Of a stretch of DNA of 64,000 nucleotides, positions 9,305-20,168 are shown piece after piece. The translations under genes were made by a program, and so were the position numbers. Origin of the DNA: Nitrosopumilus sp. (GTDB lineage Archaea > Thermoproteota > Nitrososphaeria > Nitrososphaerales > Nitrosopumilaceae); NCBI GenBank assembly GCA_965205675.1, contig OZ242186.1, positions 1,280,001 through 1,344,000 of the forward strand. Direction: 5' to 3'. Position 1 is the first letter of the stretch, and each line of letters opens with the position of its first letter. A model generated the notes under the pieces. It ran no database searches. It saw nothing but the letters and a program-made list of their open reading frames with translations, and was not told where the DNA came from.

Positions 9305-10088
9305 GTTCCATCTCTTCTCTGGGGTTGATGTGAATATCCGGAGAATATCCCTTAGCATATTTGTCGGCATAACAGTTCTGCTTGTAGGACAGGTCTTTGT
9401 CAATGAATTCCTTGTGAGTTTTAATGTAGAGACATCAGAGACTGCAAAGAGTGGTGGAGAGATAATCATACAAAACAACGGTGTAATTCAAGCACATGAT
9501 GTCATGGCGTACTTGAAATTTACAGACGTTCCAAAAATAACCGATCATAATTGTTTGGAGGGAATAATTGATAGCAAATACAAAACAATAACCATACACT
9601 TTGACAGATTCTCTACAAACATTGCATGCGTGATACATCTTGAGGAATTCTCAGGTGCAGATGTTACAATAACTTCCGATGATAGGACGGCGCACACCGG
9701 CAAATACCAAGAGTTGTGGGGTCTGCTTTACTTTGTATCTGCCATGTTTTTCACAGGTGCAGGACTGGTGATTTTTGCAACATACGGGTTTGCAAGGAGA
9801 TGTTACTATAAGGCGGTGTTTTACTTTGGATGTCGAGGATTTGTGCCAATGGATTGCAGTGCGGAGATGTGCTCTGATATGCAAAAAGAATTCTCAATCA
9901 AGGTCTCTGATGCTGACATATCCATATTGTATCACATCTCGAACCAAAGAAAAACACTGTACCAAATAAAAGCACATACAAAATTATCTGTATCCTATGT
10001 GGCATATCGCATCATGCGCTTGAGATGTCACGGACTGGTAGAAAAAGACAACACCCCATCAGAGTTTATTCTAAACTATTTCAGATGA
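9237..10088 (+). CDS. Two-TM protein with extracellular beta domain and C-terminal wHTH (possible membrane-bound regulator)
   Basis: Two TM segments; DISILYHI...TLYQIKAHTKLSVSYVAYRIMRLRCHGLVEK; real start probably near 9330. Confidence 0.6.
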   Translation: MQLGESPGRQYWMSFLVHHRKHKFHLFSGVDVNIRRISLSIFVGITVLLVGQVFVNEFLVSFNVETSETAKSGGEIIIQNNGVIQAHDVMAYLKFTDVPKITDHNCLEGIIDSKYKTITIHFDRFSTNIACVIHLEEFSGADVTITSDDRTAHTGKYQELWGLLYFVSAMFFTGAGLVIFATYGFARRCYYKAVFYFGCRGFVPMDCSAEMCSDMQKEFSIKVSDADISILYHISNQRKTLYQIKAHTKLSVSYVAYRIMRLRCHGLVEKDNTPSEFILNYFR

Positions 10089-10462
10089 GGTTCCTGATGA
10101 TTGTGATGCCTTGCGAGTAATTTGATTTTGTTTTTTTACTATTTTCTTTCCTCCAACATGCCTCTAATTCATTATACCAGTTATGGGGTATGATCACTTT
10201 GAAAAGTTATGCCCAAAACTTGGCATGTCTTAAAATCGATCAGATGTGTTAACAGCAACATGGGAACCGCAAACACCAAAAGGAAGATGATCCGTATGTA
10301 TCAAGCCTCATGCCTAGAATTTGTTTTTAGTTTCCATTTTTGTTCCTGATGGGGCAGATGACCTTTGCCGGTTCTGGCAAATAGCCTGAGAATGTTTCAA
10401 AAATCCCCCATCTCTTTTTCTGCGATAATTATTCCCCTTTAATACAACTCTTTCTCTACTGT

Positions 10463-11062
10463 ATGATGAGAATCCTCTCGGTTCCGACAAAAAGCCTGTT
10501 GCACGTGCCGTTTTTGAACCTCAAGGTAATCTCTGTATCACTGCGACAGATACTGTACATTGTTGTATGTGTCGTGTTACTGGCACAGGCACTTCACGGA
10601 GAAGACAATGTGCTCTTGGCAGTTCCTGCCATGCTCTTTGCAGCACTTGCCTTTGTGCCATTTAAATTCATCACACCTGAGATGCATCTGATTCATGCAC
10701 TTGCGTTTCGATTCGCCAAACCCGAACACCATTCCAGAGACAAGACAAATTCCTCAGAAATGCTCTTTGCTGGAAGACAGTCATCTCAAATACAAGAAGA
10801 GCAGCAAGAGACAGTTCAGAGATTCACGATAAGTGATCTTGGTATGCCACATACCATATCCCTTGATACTACTGAGAAGAGACAGTTCGTGCCAGTCGGA
10901 ATAGAGATTGATGGCAAAGTGCTAGTAAATACTGCGACTGAAAGACATGGCAAAGTGTGCTGTACAATAATGATTGAGAGTCTGGGACCAAAAAAGATAC
11001 GTGTGATTCGCGCAGAAGATGACTCTGTTTTGTATGATAGGAGGGTAATATTTGAGGGCTAG
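10463..11062 (+). CDS. PrgI/VirB3-like membrane protein
   Basis: VSLRQILY followed by two TMs and a TPE motif; immediately upstream of the VirB6-like gene. Confidence 0.5.
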   Translation: MMRILSVPTKSLLHVPFLNLKVISVSLRQILYIVVCVVLLAQALHGEDNVLLAVPAMLFAALAFVPFKFITPEMHLIHALAFRFAKPEHHSRDKTNSSEMLFAGRQSSQIQEEQQETVQRFTISDLGMPHTISLDTTEKRQFVPVGIEIDGKVLVNTATERHGKVCCTIMIESLGPKKIRVIRAEDDSVLYDRRVIFEG

Positions 11063-12902
11063 TCTTGATGCCGTATTGTACAGCAGCCCCATATGTAACA
11101 TAAAGAGATTTTTGCAAAGACCTCTTTCTGGAATAATTCCGGTTCCGGGCCTTGAGGCTGCCATCATACTTGCCTCTGCAATACTCACTGTGGTCTTTAT
11201 GATATCTGCCCTGAACTATATGACATCAAATGTGGAAGGAGAATTTGTCAGGCTGATCACTGACATGCCCAAATTCGACTTTCAGATAGTAGACGGGGCA
11301 GAGACTGGCAACTCTGCGTTTCTTATCTTCTCGATGCTGCGAGACTTGGCAAACTATTTCTTTGTCTTTGTTTTCATTCTTGTCGGAATACTTGTGATGT
11401 TTAAGCAAGCAGGTCTGGTCTCAAGCGAGACGATAAAAAAGATGTTTCTCGGAGCTGCTGGCGGGATAATACTATTAATGATATTTCCGTACATTTGGGA
11501 TCCGGTATCTGAAGCAGTTGAGATGTTCTCAATATCGCTTCTAAATCCAATGTACTCTTTTGACGAATCAAACCCGTGCGTCGCAGCAACTGATCCTCGT
11601 GGACTGTTGTTTGCTGAGCAGAACGCCGAGATCGGCAAGCGCTCTACGTTCTTTGGGCTGGGACTATCCACTGATGATTTGTGCAGACCTGACTTGCGAA
11701 TATCCTACATGTTTGCAAAGGTAAGGTATGGCGCAGACGTTGGAACTGCCTTTGAGACAGGCAGCGATCTTGAGGTGCTGACAAACTTTGCAAGCCAGAT
11801 ATCTGAGAGCTTTGTAACTACTATCTTTACTGGATTGACCAAAACTGTGATGCTGTTTTACATGGCTACAATGACTGCCCTGGTTGGCAATGTCCGTTAT
11901 TTGCTGGTAAATGTGATTGCAATAGCCCTGCCCTTGCTACTTGTGTTCCGCTCTCTTCCGTTTTTCTATATCGACAAGATATCAAATACGCTGCTATCGA
12001 CATGGGTTCCGCTAGTTATGGTGCCGATATTTTCCTGTCTGATAATTCTTGCAGGAACGTCAGACCTGCTTGACAGGGAAGCACAAGTATCTGACGGGGT
12101 CGACAGATATGACTTTTGGCTGCACTCCATGTCAGTAATGATGCTTGCGGTAATGATACCGATAATTGTCGCACCCATATTGGGTTCGCTCTCAAATACA
12201 ATGGGGCAGATGGTAATGTCCGGTGTGATGTCAGGAGTAATGGGTGGCGCTGCAATGGCTCAGGGCGCTGCCTCAAGGGCGGGCGGCGGAATTGCACAAA
12301 GGTTTGCAGCAGGCCGGTCTGCAATGGGACCCTCCTCGATGAGCGGCGCAATAAGTATTCCCGGAGCTGCCGGTGGATTTGCCGGCGGACTAAAGGCGGC
12401 ATTTGGCAAGGCAGGAATCGCATCAACTGCCAAGGACGTGACACATGGACTGGGAACTGGAGCCACTGGCATGATACAGTCCGATGCGTTTCAGGCTGGC
12501 CGTGCAGCTCCTGGTGTCAGCATGGGTCCTGTCAACTTTGATTCGTTTGCACGAGATGCCGGAGTGATTCCAATTAATGGCGGCATCAGACCCGGACTGG
12601 TAACACTTGCACAATCTCAAGCATCTGGTGCTGCCTCCGCAGCTCCTCCTGTTATAGTTACAGGCGGCGGCACTCTTCCGGCAGGTGAGGTCATGAGAAC
12701 AGGATCTCCGATATTTGCAGGAGGTGGCGGCACTCCGGCAGTCAGTGCACCGCAGCAAGGTGCCATGCCAAGGGGATTCTCGCATCCTCCTGCAGGTGAT
12801 GGCGGTGCGACATATACTGCTGGGGGACAAAGGGTTGGTACAAGTCCTGTTGGGAATCCAAAGGAGAAATTCAAAGGAAGTAAAGACAGGGGGAAGGTCT
12901 GA
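11052..12902 (+). CDS. VirB6/TrbL-like polytopic conjugation membrane protein
   Basis: Multiple TM helices followed by a long Gly/Ala-rich tail typical of TrbL; start uncertain. Confidence 0.65.
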   Translation: MRASLDAVLYSSPICNIKRFLQRPLSGIIPVPGLEAAIILASAILTVVFMISALNYMTSNVEGEFVRLITDMPKFDFQIVDGAETGNSAFLIFSMLRDLANYFFVFVFILVGILVMFKQAGLVSSETIKKMFLGAAGGIILLMIFPYIWDPVSEAVEMFSISLLNPMYSFDESNPCVAATDPRGLLFAEQNAEIGKRSTFFGLGLSTDDLCRPDLRISYMFAKVRYGADVGTAFETGSDLEVLTNFASQISESFVTTIFTGLTKTVMLFYMATMTALVGNVRYLLVNVIAIALPLLLVFRSLPFFYIDKISNTLLSTWVPLVMVPIFSCLIILAGTSDLLDREAQVSDGVDRYDFWLHSMSVMMLAVMIPIIVAPILGSLSNTMGQMVMSGVMSGVMGGAAMAQGAASRAGGGIAQRFAAGRSAMGPSSMSGAISIPGAAGGFAGGLKAAFGKAGIASTAKDVTHGLGTGATGMIQSDAFQAGRAAPGVSMGPVNFDSFARDAGVIPINGGIRPGLVTLAQSQASGAASAAPPVIVTGGGTLPAGEVMRTGSPIFAGGGGTPAVSAPQQGAMPRGFSHPPAGDGGATYTAGGQRVGTSPVGNPKEKFKGSKDRGKV

Positions 12903-12987
12903 CATTGCACCGCCCCATGACCACACATCATACTCGACTGTACAGGCACAAAAACCAAACAATCTTTAAAAACTCTGGTGAGATAGT

Positions 12988-14928
12988 ATGCCCATGTTAG
13001 CACTGATGCCGGGAGAAATCCAGATAATGGAGGTGCCCCTCAAGAAAAACAAGACGCTTTCTGCAAGCAACACAAGAATTGTCGTATATGGGAATGACGG
13101 CATGACGTTTGCAGCACCCATAGAAACGGTGCGTTCTGTAACTCCAATAAAAAAAGATGCCGTGCGAATTCAGCATTACTCCCAAAAGGCAGACGGCTCA
13201 GCCAAAAGGGAGTTTTCTGATTACAAGTTACATGATTCTAAATATTCAGCAGCCCAGGTATGCCACAAGATAGTCCGGGAATATGAGAAACTGGAGACCT
13301 TTGCAACAAATGCCAAGGGACTGCTAATCCTAAAGCCCCACGAACACATCATCACCACATACAGTGATGCCAAGACAAACCAAGGAAAGGGACTGCTCTA
13401 TGTGACAAACCTCGGAATCGCACTGGAGGTCCCTGACGAGGGAGTCGTATGTGATGTGCCATTTGAGAACTTTTCACTGGTTACCGCACTCAAAAAGAAA
13501 AAGATACGCATTGTATGGTATGAGGGATCCTCAAAGTTCAAGTTTGACTTTGAGATAGGTGCAGGGCGCGATGATATAATGTCAATGATGCAAAATGCAC
13601 TGGACCAGCACCGCACCAATACCGGATATCATTTTTTACAGCTGGAACAAAAATATTCCAAGCTGACACCTGACGAGTTTTATGCACTGGCCCAATCTGC
13701 AAACCCCGAATTTTTTGACTATCTGAGACGCCACGCAATTCACACCTTTGGGTTTTATGCTGTAAAGTTTACCGACGGCGATGAAAGCGTAATAATGGCC
13801 TGCAAGATGCTGGGATATCCAATAGAGATGATATCTGATATTTCAGATGAGGAGATGAATCAGAGAAAGACCACATATGACTCTGCATTAAGATACACTA
13901 ATTTCATTGCAGAGTGGAGGGGACAAAAGGCAGAGCTTGACTCACTTGAGAAGCAGTGCAGTACTGCTGATGATCTCAAAGTATTGCAAAAGACTGAAAA
14001 GTACAAAAAAATTCAAGAGTCCATGGATAGTCTCTGCAGAGAGAACAGCGAGTTTGGAGATTACGGCGCATACAAAATGGAGCTGCAGGCATCAGCTTGG
14101 GGACTCCAAGCAGATGACAGACGCTCTCAAATAATCTATGAAAAGTGGTGTGAGAGCAATCCTTTACCTGACATAAGTGATGACGTATATGATGAGTCGT
14201 GGGTGCGATATCTCTCTGAGAAACTAAACAACTCAAAGGGAAGAAATCCGCTTGTTACGTCACATCCGCACTTTGAGCACCTGCAAGACGACATTAAAAC
14301 CAAAAATCGAAACGCATCCACACTTGAGATGTTCACTGCACCTGAGGGAATCCCAGATGAGGATATTTACAACAACTGCTGGCATGACAGGCGCTCCAAG
14401 ATGTGGTATGTCCAAAATGACAATTTAAATGAGCATCTACGCAATGCCGCGGTATCTGATCCTGACCACTCACAGCACGTGTGTGGCAGACGTGTATGGG
14501 GATTCTCTGAAGATGTCGTTGAGATGTTTTGCGGACTGCCGGCAGTATCAGTGCAGTATGATGAAAAGGACTATTATTATCGTGTAAAGGTCAGCAGAAG
14601 GACAGGCCGTGAGGTTAATTATTTATCAAAGGCAATCCTTCCATTTATCCTGCCAATTCTTAGAGAGGAGGATGTTACAGAAGAGAGGGCATCACATAAT
14701 GGAAAATGGGTCCGTGAAACAAGCGCCCTTGCATACTCCGTTGACTCTACAGGTTCTGAATTAAATCGCACCCCAAAAGAGTACGAACTGTACTGCAAAA
14801 AATGGGGCTTTGTACATCTGCCAATAGCTGAGAGGGTGAGACGCGCCGTGTTTTCTGTAATGTCTGGCATTACACTAGAGGAGATAGAGACAGAGAAAGG
14901 AATGCCTGAAGAACTGACTAATCTTTGA
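12988..14928 (+). CDS. Hypothetical protein with two N-terminal PH/GRAM-like domains
   Basis: LMPGE...LSASNTRIVV and LKPHE...GLLYVTNLGIAL...VPFENFSLV patterns. Confidence 0.55.
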   Translation: MPMLALMPGEIQIMEVPLKKNKTLSASNTRIVVYGNDGMTFAAPIETVRSVTPIKKDAVRIQHYSQKADGSAKREFSDYKLHDSKYSAAQVCHKIVREYEKLETFATNAKGLLILKPHEHIITTYSDAKTNQGKGLLYVTNLGIALEVPDEGVVCDVPFENFSLVTALKKKKIRIVWYEGSSKFKFDFEIGAGRDDIMSMMQNALDQHRTNTGYHFLQLEQKYSKLTPDEFYALAQSANPEFFDYLRRHAIHTFGFYAVKFTDGDESVIMACKMLGYPIEMISDISDEEMNQRKTTYDSALRYTNFIAEWRGQKAELDSLEKQCSTADDLKVLQKTEKYKKIQESMDSLCRENSEFGDYGAYKMELQASAWGLQADDRRSQIIYEKWCESNPLPDISDDVYDESWVRYLSEKLNNSKGRNPLVTSHPHFEHLQDDIKTKNRNASTLEMFTAPEGIPDEDIYNNCWHDRRSKMWYVQNDNLNEHLRNAAVSDPDHSQHVCGRRVWGFSEDVVEMFCGLPAVSVQYDEKDYYYRVKVSRRTGREVNYLSKAILPFILPILREEDVTEERASHNGKWVRETSALAYSVDSTGSELNRTPKEYELYCKKWGFVHLPIAERVRRAVFSVMSGITLEEIETEKGMPEELTNL

Positions 14929-15171
14929 GAGTCATTGTATCTTGTAGGAGAGAGTGTTTTGTCTGAATTTTCGAGTCGGTGTAAAAAGATGTGCAGGAGA
15001 TAAAGACCATCGAAGGCGGCGTGTCGGAAGTGTGATATTTGATGTGTACAGTCAATCTCTGATTAATCATTGCCAATACCGTTTCCTGGAATTAAAATAT
15101 GCTGAGAGTCTCACCTGCCCTTTATCAAAATACAAAAATGCCCACTTAATACAAAAAACCCAGTATCATAT

Positions 15172-17907
15172 ATGCTGTATGTAGTGATTCTTGCCACGCT
15201 CCTCATTGCAGGAATTGTAGGCGTGAGCGTGATTGCAGTTGATAACGTAACTAGTGTCTCAAATACTGCAACTGATTCTGCAAAAATCGACAACCTCAGA
15301 AATTCAGAATACATTGATGCATATTTTGATGGTGCAGATATCCACCTGGAGAACCGCGGTCGAGATACCTCGGAGATTGCAATGATACGTTTCTATGATG
15401 ATAAAGGAGATGAGGTGAGAATAATCCACCTTCCTGATGGGACTGACCGTGTATTTGGTGGCGACATGCCTTCTACTGCATCAACTGATCTGACATATGA
15501 TGATTCGCAGCTCTTGCCACACGACCCGCAAATCATTACTGTTCCAATTCACAACTCTACTGTATCGGGGGAAATAATAACAAAATATGGCAACGTGATC
15601 CCGATAAGAAACATGCATCCTGATAGCCTTGGTGATGAAACCGGTGATGGCAGTAACACAAACGGTACTGCCACTGTAAATGGACTCGGATTAAACTCAA
15701 GGATTGCCCAAAAAGATTTTGATGGCGTCATTGTTACAGGTAGTTCTAATTCTGTCGGAGATGCTCATGACGTTGTGCCGTATCTGTCGATTCCCCGCAC
15801 AACAGCGGATTCCCGCCCATACGTTGCAATTATTGGAGATACCGATCCGGTGACGGTACATAACATTCCCACTCTTGATTCTCGTTATGAATTACGTGAT
15901 GGTTACCTACACGATAGAAATGCCCAGAATCTGCTGTTGTTTTCAAATAACACTGTTGTTGGTGGTCAAAATAGTTTTAGCATCCGTAGCGGCTACTATG
16001 AAGTTACAGGAAACGGCACAACCATTTTCAAAATAGACGAGTCGCTTTACGGTAGAATACTTGATCTTAGCGGTTCTGTTCCATCAGGCAGCTCTTTGAA
16101 AATTGTAACATCGGAGAAAAACCTCAATGACGGTGACATATATCAGTCTCTGCTTGGCCGGGATGACCCACCTCAGCATGAATATGGGTATTATATTGGA
16201 GACATGACGTGTACTGATCTAGTTCGTGAAGGATCTTATGATTTCAATTACCGGCGTGATCTGTTTCGGTCTATAGACCAATATGATTTGAAATGCCTTA
16301 TGGATGAAGTACCGATTTCACACCCGTCCAATGTTTATGTCTATCATGAAGAGACATTTGTTAAAAGAGAATATGGTTCTAATTGTGGATCTAATCCTAG
16401 CCTCCCGGGCTGTTTTATCGGGGTTAACCCCCGCTGGCAGCATGGTACAATTACTCTGAGCACAATAACAGCTACACCATCTCACAGCGATGTTCCAAAT
16501 GCATTATACATAGATCTGATTTCAGAGAAAAACCAAACTGGGGTTCACATGCTAAGTGGAATGGTCGTCAATATGGACGATGCTTTTTCGCAAAAGTGTT
16601 ACCCATGTACCAAATATGATATATGGAACATTGATAATCGCCCTGAGACACCATCATATCACGTATTTGATGATGCGGTCCTAGCAGACAGGACTTGGGA
16701 ATTTGGTCCTGCAATCAATGAAGAATTTGTGTTTCCAATTACTAATTCTTATATCATAATTGAGCCAAACGGCCAGACAGTTAGGATTCGTGCATCAAAT
16801 GATTCTCATTCCAATGGTGACTTTGACTCCTCCGTTCTTTCGATAACTAATATTGATCCTTCTACGCCGTTTCGCATAATGAAGGACGACAAGGTTATGG
16901 CTACAGGGGTATCGAATCGTAACGGTGGCATTTATACCGTCTCGCTGAATCTTGATACTGATATAGGCGATAAGACAGACGAGGGATGGAAATTGCATCT
17001 GTATCCTGAATCATCTGTTCATCGCGATCTCTTTGACTTTGTGATCTTTGACCCCATAAACGATCAGAAAATACAGAAAACACACACTGATGATGATGAG
17101 CGCACGGTGTATGTCACTCATACATACGTGCGTCTACCATTGGTCGGGGGGATAAATGTTACTGATATGAGGCTTCTTGAAGATGATGGTGGGAATTTAA
17201 TGCCACTGAATCTGGACTATCTGAATAAATACTATGACGGAAACACTATCGAGGTTCCTATCATTCCGGGATATGATTCCATTGACTTTTATGCAAACGG
17301 CATACATGCAAATATCAAATATGTTGACGTTTTGGGCCGCCCTGAAATTATGATTGCCGAACCCGACTCATCGCATGTCAGTTACATACATCCTTCCCGC
17401 GACATACGTTCAGTTGAAACTCGAGTTGGTACTACTGCATATGCCATCGCAACATCTGCTGGTACCATGCATGCCATTGTGTCTGAGACACTGTCAGGCA
17501 GTGCAACAATCACAAACAAATATGATTTACAAAAGATTCCACCTCCTCCTCCGCCCCCAAGGAGATATGATCCTCTTACCGGCTGGGTCGAAGTCTATGT
17601 AAATGGAGATCTTCAGAAAAGGACGGAGTTGGGTATAGACGCATTTCCTGACTTTACTAACTCCCATGATCGAAGCGGCCGGACTGTAACGGTTGGTGTG
17701 GAATACGCGTATCCGACCACTTTCATGCAGGCAACAGTGTCAGTTGATGTAGAACCGGGAGATTTTGTAGAGTTTTATCTGTATGGTCACATACAAGGAG
17801 ACATTGAAGAGTATGTGGCGCCACGTGGATGGCGAATTGTCTCTGAATCAGGAGAATCAAGTGCCCATGTGACCCTTCACAGCGCATCAATTCTAACCGG
17901 CCAGTAG
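15172..17907 (+). CDS. Large pilin-like adhesin (911 aa)
   Basis: N-terminal hydrophobic helix + IHLENRGRD pilin-like domain; beta-rich body; poly-Pro linker. Confidence 0.65.
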   Translation: MLYVVILATLLIAGIVGVSVIAVDNVTSVSNTATDSAKIDNLRNSEYIDAYFDGADIHLENRGRDTSEIAMIRFYDDKGDEVRIIHLPDGTDRVFGGDMPSTASTDLTYDDSQLLPHDPQIITVPIHNSTVSGEIITKYGNVIPIRNMHPDSLGDETGDGSNTNGTATVNGLGLNSRIAQKDFDGVIVTGSSNSVGDAHDVVPYLSIPRTTADSRPYVAIIGDTDPVTVHNIPTLDSRYELRDGYLHDRNAQNLLLFSNNTVVGGQNSFSIRSGYYEVTGNGTTIFKIDESLYGRILDLSGSVPSGSSLKIVTSEKNLNDGDIYQSLLGRDDPPQHEYGYYIGDMTCTDLVREGSYDFNYRRDLFRSIDQYDLKCLMDEVPISHPSNVYVYHEETFVKREYGSNCGSNPSLPGCFIGVNPRWQHGTITLSTITATPSHSDVPNALYIDLISEKNQTGVHMLSGMVVNMDDAFSQKCYPCTKYDIWNIDNRPETPSYHVFDDAVLADRTWEFGPAINEEFVFPITNSYIIIEPNGQTVRIRASNDSHSNGDFDSSVLSITNIDPSTPFRIMKDDKVMATGVSNRNGGIYTVSLNLDTDIGDKTDEGWKLHLYPESSVHRDLFDFVIFDPINDQKIQKTHTDDDERTVYVTHTYVRLPLVGGINVTDMRLLEDDGGNLMPLNLDYLNKYYDGNTIEVPIIPGYDSIDFYANGIHANIKYVDVLGRPEIMIAEPDSSHVSYIHPSRDIRSVETRVGTTAYAIATSAGTMHAIVSETLSGSATITNKYDLQKIPPPPPPPRRYDPLTGWVEVYVNGDLQKRTELGIDAFPDFTNSHDRSGRTVTVGVEYAYPTTFMQATVSVDVEPGDFVEFYLYGHIQGDIEEYVAPRGWRIVSESGESSAHVTLHSASILTGQ

Positions 17908-17947
17908 CGATAAATAATGCAGACGCTGCACTCTGATGATTTTATCG

Positions 17948-18328
17948 TTATTTTGCATCAGAGGAACCGGCAGGTTCGCGATGCCTCGTTAACTTGCCAG
18001 TTCCAAATCCAATCTTGATTATTGTAGTGGAACTGCATTTAGAGCATATTTGAGGTTGCTCAGTTTTCTCAATTTTGTTCTGAATTGAGATATTTTCTTT
18101 TAGCATGATACAGCTCCGAATGTGCTTACAGTGTTTGTTGTCTTTAGTTCTCAACCTAAAATGAAAATCATCACATTGGCAAACCCATACATCTGTATCT
18201 CTTAGCTTCTCAACACTGTATCTCTTATCTGAGTTTTGAGATTCTACAATAAAATGATTGTTTGTAACTTTTCTAATTGAGTTTGTCTTTGAATAGATCT
18301 GAGTTGCTTTTTGCTCTCTTTGATTCAT
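17948..18328 (-). pseudogene. N-terminal fragment of a SWIM Zn-finger / IS6-like DDE transposase
   Basis: WVCQCDDF...CKHI SWIM motif, then ICSKCSSTTIIKIG Zn ribbon, cut at the IR scar. Confidence 0.7.
17963..18004. mobile_element. 42-bp IR-IR scar (abutted IS6-like ends)
   Basis: GGAACCGGCAGGTTCGCGA-TGCC-TCGTTAACTTGCCAGTTCC; truncates the adjacent transposase. Confidence 0.55.
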
Positions 18329-18411
18329 ACATAATATTATCCGTATGCTTATTTATTGCTTACTGTTAACCGATCGCTTATTATAGATGAGATATAATTA
18401 AAAAACATAAT

Positions 18412-18585
18412 TTGACACGTTGGAAAAAAGATGAGAGTGATTTTTTAGTAAGATTATCAGATGATGGAAGACACAGTACAATTTGCAGAATACCAAAACC
18501 GATCTTGCAATTCCTAAATAATCCAGAAGCTATTAGGTTTGTAATTGAGGGTAAGAAGATCACAGTCAAAAGAGGTTTGAAATAG
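18412..18585 (+). CDS. Small AbrB-like protein (57 aa, not in the ORF track)
   Basis: TTG start; MTRWKKDESDFLVRLSDDGRHSTICRIPKPILQFLNNPEAIRFVIEGKKITVKRGLK; stop overlaps the MTase start. Confidence 0.65.
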   Translation: MTRWKKDESDFLVRLSDDGRHSTICRIPKPILQFLNNPEAIRFVIEGKKITVKRGLK

Positions 18586-20168
18586 TGCTTACAAAATGTG
18601 CTGAAGAAATTCCAAAATCATATACTGGTATCTATTCTATGCACAAGTATTGGTCAAAAAAACCATTTAATGTAATTGACAGGTATATTCAAACATACAC
18701 AAAACCAGATGATATAGTATTAGACCCATTTCTAGGATCTGGAATTAGCAGTATAGAATCTATTTTTTCGAATAGACGAACAGTTGGTATTGATATTAAT
18801 CCCATGTCCACATTCATAACAAAGCAAATGCTGGAAAATATTGATCCTAAAGTCATAGATGAGGAATTCCTAAAACTACAAGATGTCCTACGTAAGCAAA
18901 TCGATAGCCTATACGAAATACAAGTAGATGATATGTCATTTACAGGCTCACATTTTATTTACAAAAATGAACAACTAGTGGAGATATGGTACAAAGATAA
19001 CAAAACAAAAAAAATAGTCGATATGACAAAACCGACCAATGTCAAAACAATGAAAGATTTTACTTATGAAAACATCAAGACTGTTTTGCCTACAAAAAAA
19101 TTAGTCAAGAACTCAAGAATAAATGCCAAGGAAGGAATGTCAGTTTATGATTTGTTTACTCCTAGAAACGCATTGGCATTGTCTATGTTGTTAGAGGAAA
19201 TAAACAAGATTCAAGATATCAAATTGAGGGATTTTTTCAGATTTTGTTTTACAGCCTGTTCTGGTCAGGCTAGCAAAATGGTATTTGTCATTAATAAGCG
19301 TAAAAAAATGAAAGGTGAGCATACTGTATCAGACAGAAAGGAAGTTGGAAGCTGGGTAATAGGATATTGGATTCCTAAGGAACATTTTGAAATAAATGCC
19401 TGGAATTGTTTTGAAAACAGATACAAGAGAATTCTAAAAGCTAAAAAAGAATTTTTTCAATCAAATCCAAATGTGAGATATGTAAGAAATTTCAAAAGTC
19501 TGGAAAATAATCAAGGTAACATATTATTAATTAATGACAGTTGTTACACAGCACTAAAGACAATACCTGATAATTCAGTTGACTATGTCATAACAGATCC
19601 GCCTCATGGTGATAGATTGCCATATTTAGAATTGAGTATGATGTGGAATGATTGGCTAGATTTTGATGTAAACATGGATAAGGAGCTTGTTGTAAGTGAT
19701 GCAAAAGCGAGAGATAAGACAGTTACAGAATACATGATATTGTTAGAAAAAATACTAGTTGAGATTAACAGGGTTTTAAAAAATGGCAAATATTTTACAT
19801 TGATGTTTAATAACTATGATCAACAAGTGTGGGGGAAACTACAAGAAATTCTGTTTGGTTTGGATTTGGAATTATCAGATGTTAGTACGATAGGTTATTC
19901 TGCATCATCAGTGATTCAAGATAGCAGAAAAGGTGGATTGAAAACAGATTTTATATTTACTTTTAAGAAAAATACCTCAATCAGAAATAAGAAATTCGGC
20001 ATTGCAGATCAAAATATGGTTGATAGTCTGATCTCTGATTATCTAAACAAAAACAAAGATCATTCTTTATATAAAATACTAAATTATGTCATAATCTATC
20101 TCATTTCCAATAGATTAATTTTTGACATAAAATCAGTTATATCATCAATATCATTGAAATTTCAATGA
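18585..20168 (+). CDS. Amino (N6A/N4C) DNA methyltransferase
   Basis: HKYWSKKP, VLDPFLGSG (motif I), ITDPPH (motif IV); AT-rich island. Confidence 0.9.
   Translation: MLTKCAEEIPKSYTGIYSMHKYWSKKPFNVIDRYIQTYTKPDDIVLDPFLGSGISSIESIFSNRRTVGIDINPMSTFITKQMLENIDPKVIDEEFLKLQDVLRKQIDSLYEIQVDDMSFTGSHFIYKNEQLVEIWYKDNKTKKIVDMTKPTNVKTMKDFTYENIKTVLPTKKLVKNSRINAKEGMSVYDLFTPRNALALSMLLEEINKIQDIKLRDFFRFCFTACSGQASKMVFVINKRKKMKGEHTVSDRKEVGSWVIGYWIPKEHFEINAWNCFENRYKRILKAKKEFFQSNPNVRYVRNFKSLENNQGNILLINDSCYTALKTIPDNSVDYVITDPPHGDRLPYLELSMMWNDWLDFDVNMDKELVVSDAKARDKTVTEYMILLEKILVEINRVLKNGKYFTLMFNNYDQQVWGKLQEILFGLDLELSDVSTIGYSASSVIQDSRKGGLKTDFIFTFKKNTSIRNKKFGIADQNMVDSLISDYLNKNKDHSLYKILNYVIIYLISNRLIFDIKSVISSISLKFQ

Noticed and set aside
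10364-10381. TTTGCCGGTTCTGGCAAA palindrome as another IS-end scar
   Set aside because: Too short and no TSD; cannot be distinguished from chance or an operator
18381-18569. 62-aa minus-strand ORF
   Set aside because: Antisense to the more plausible 18412-18585 ORF that is coupled to the MTase
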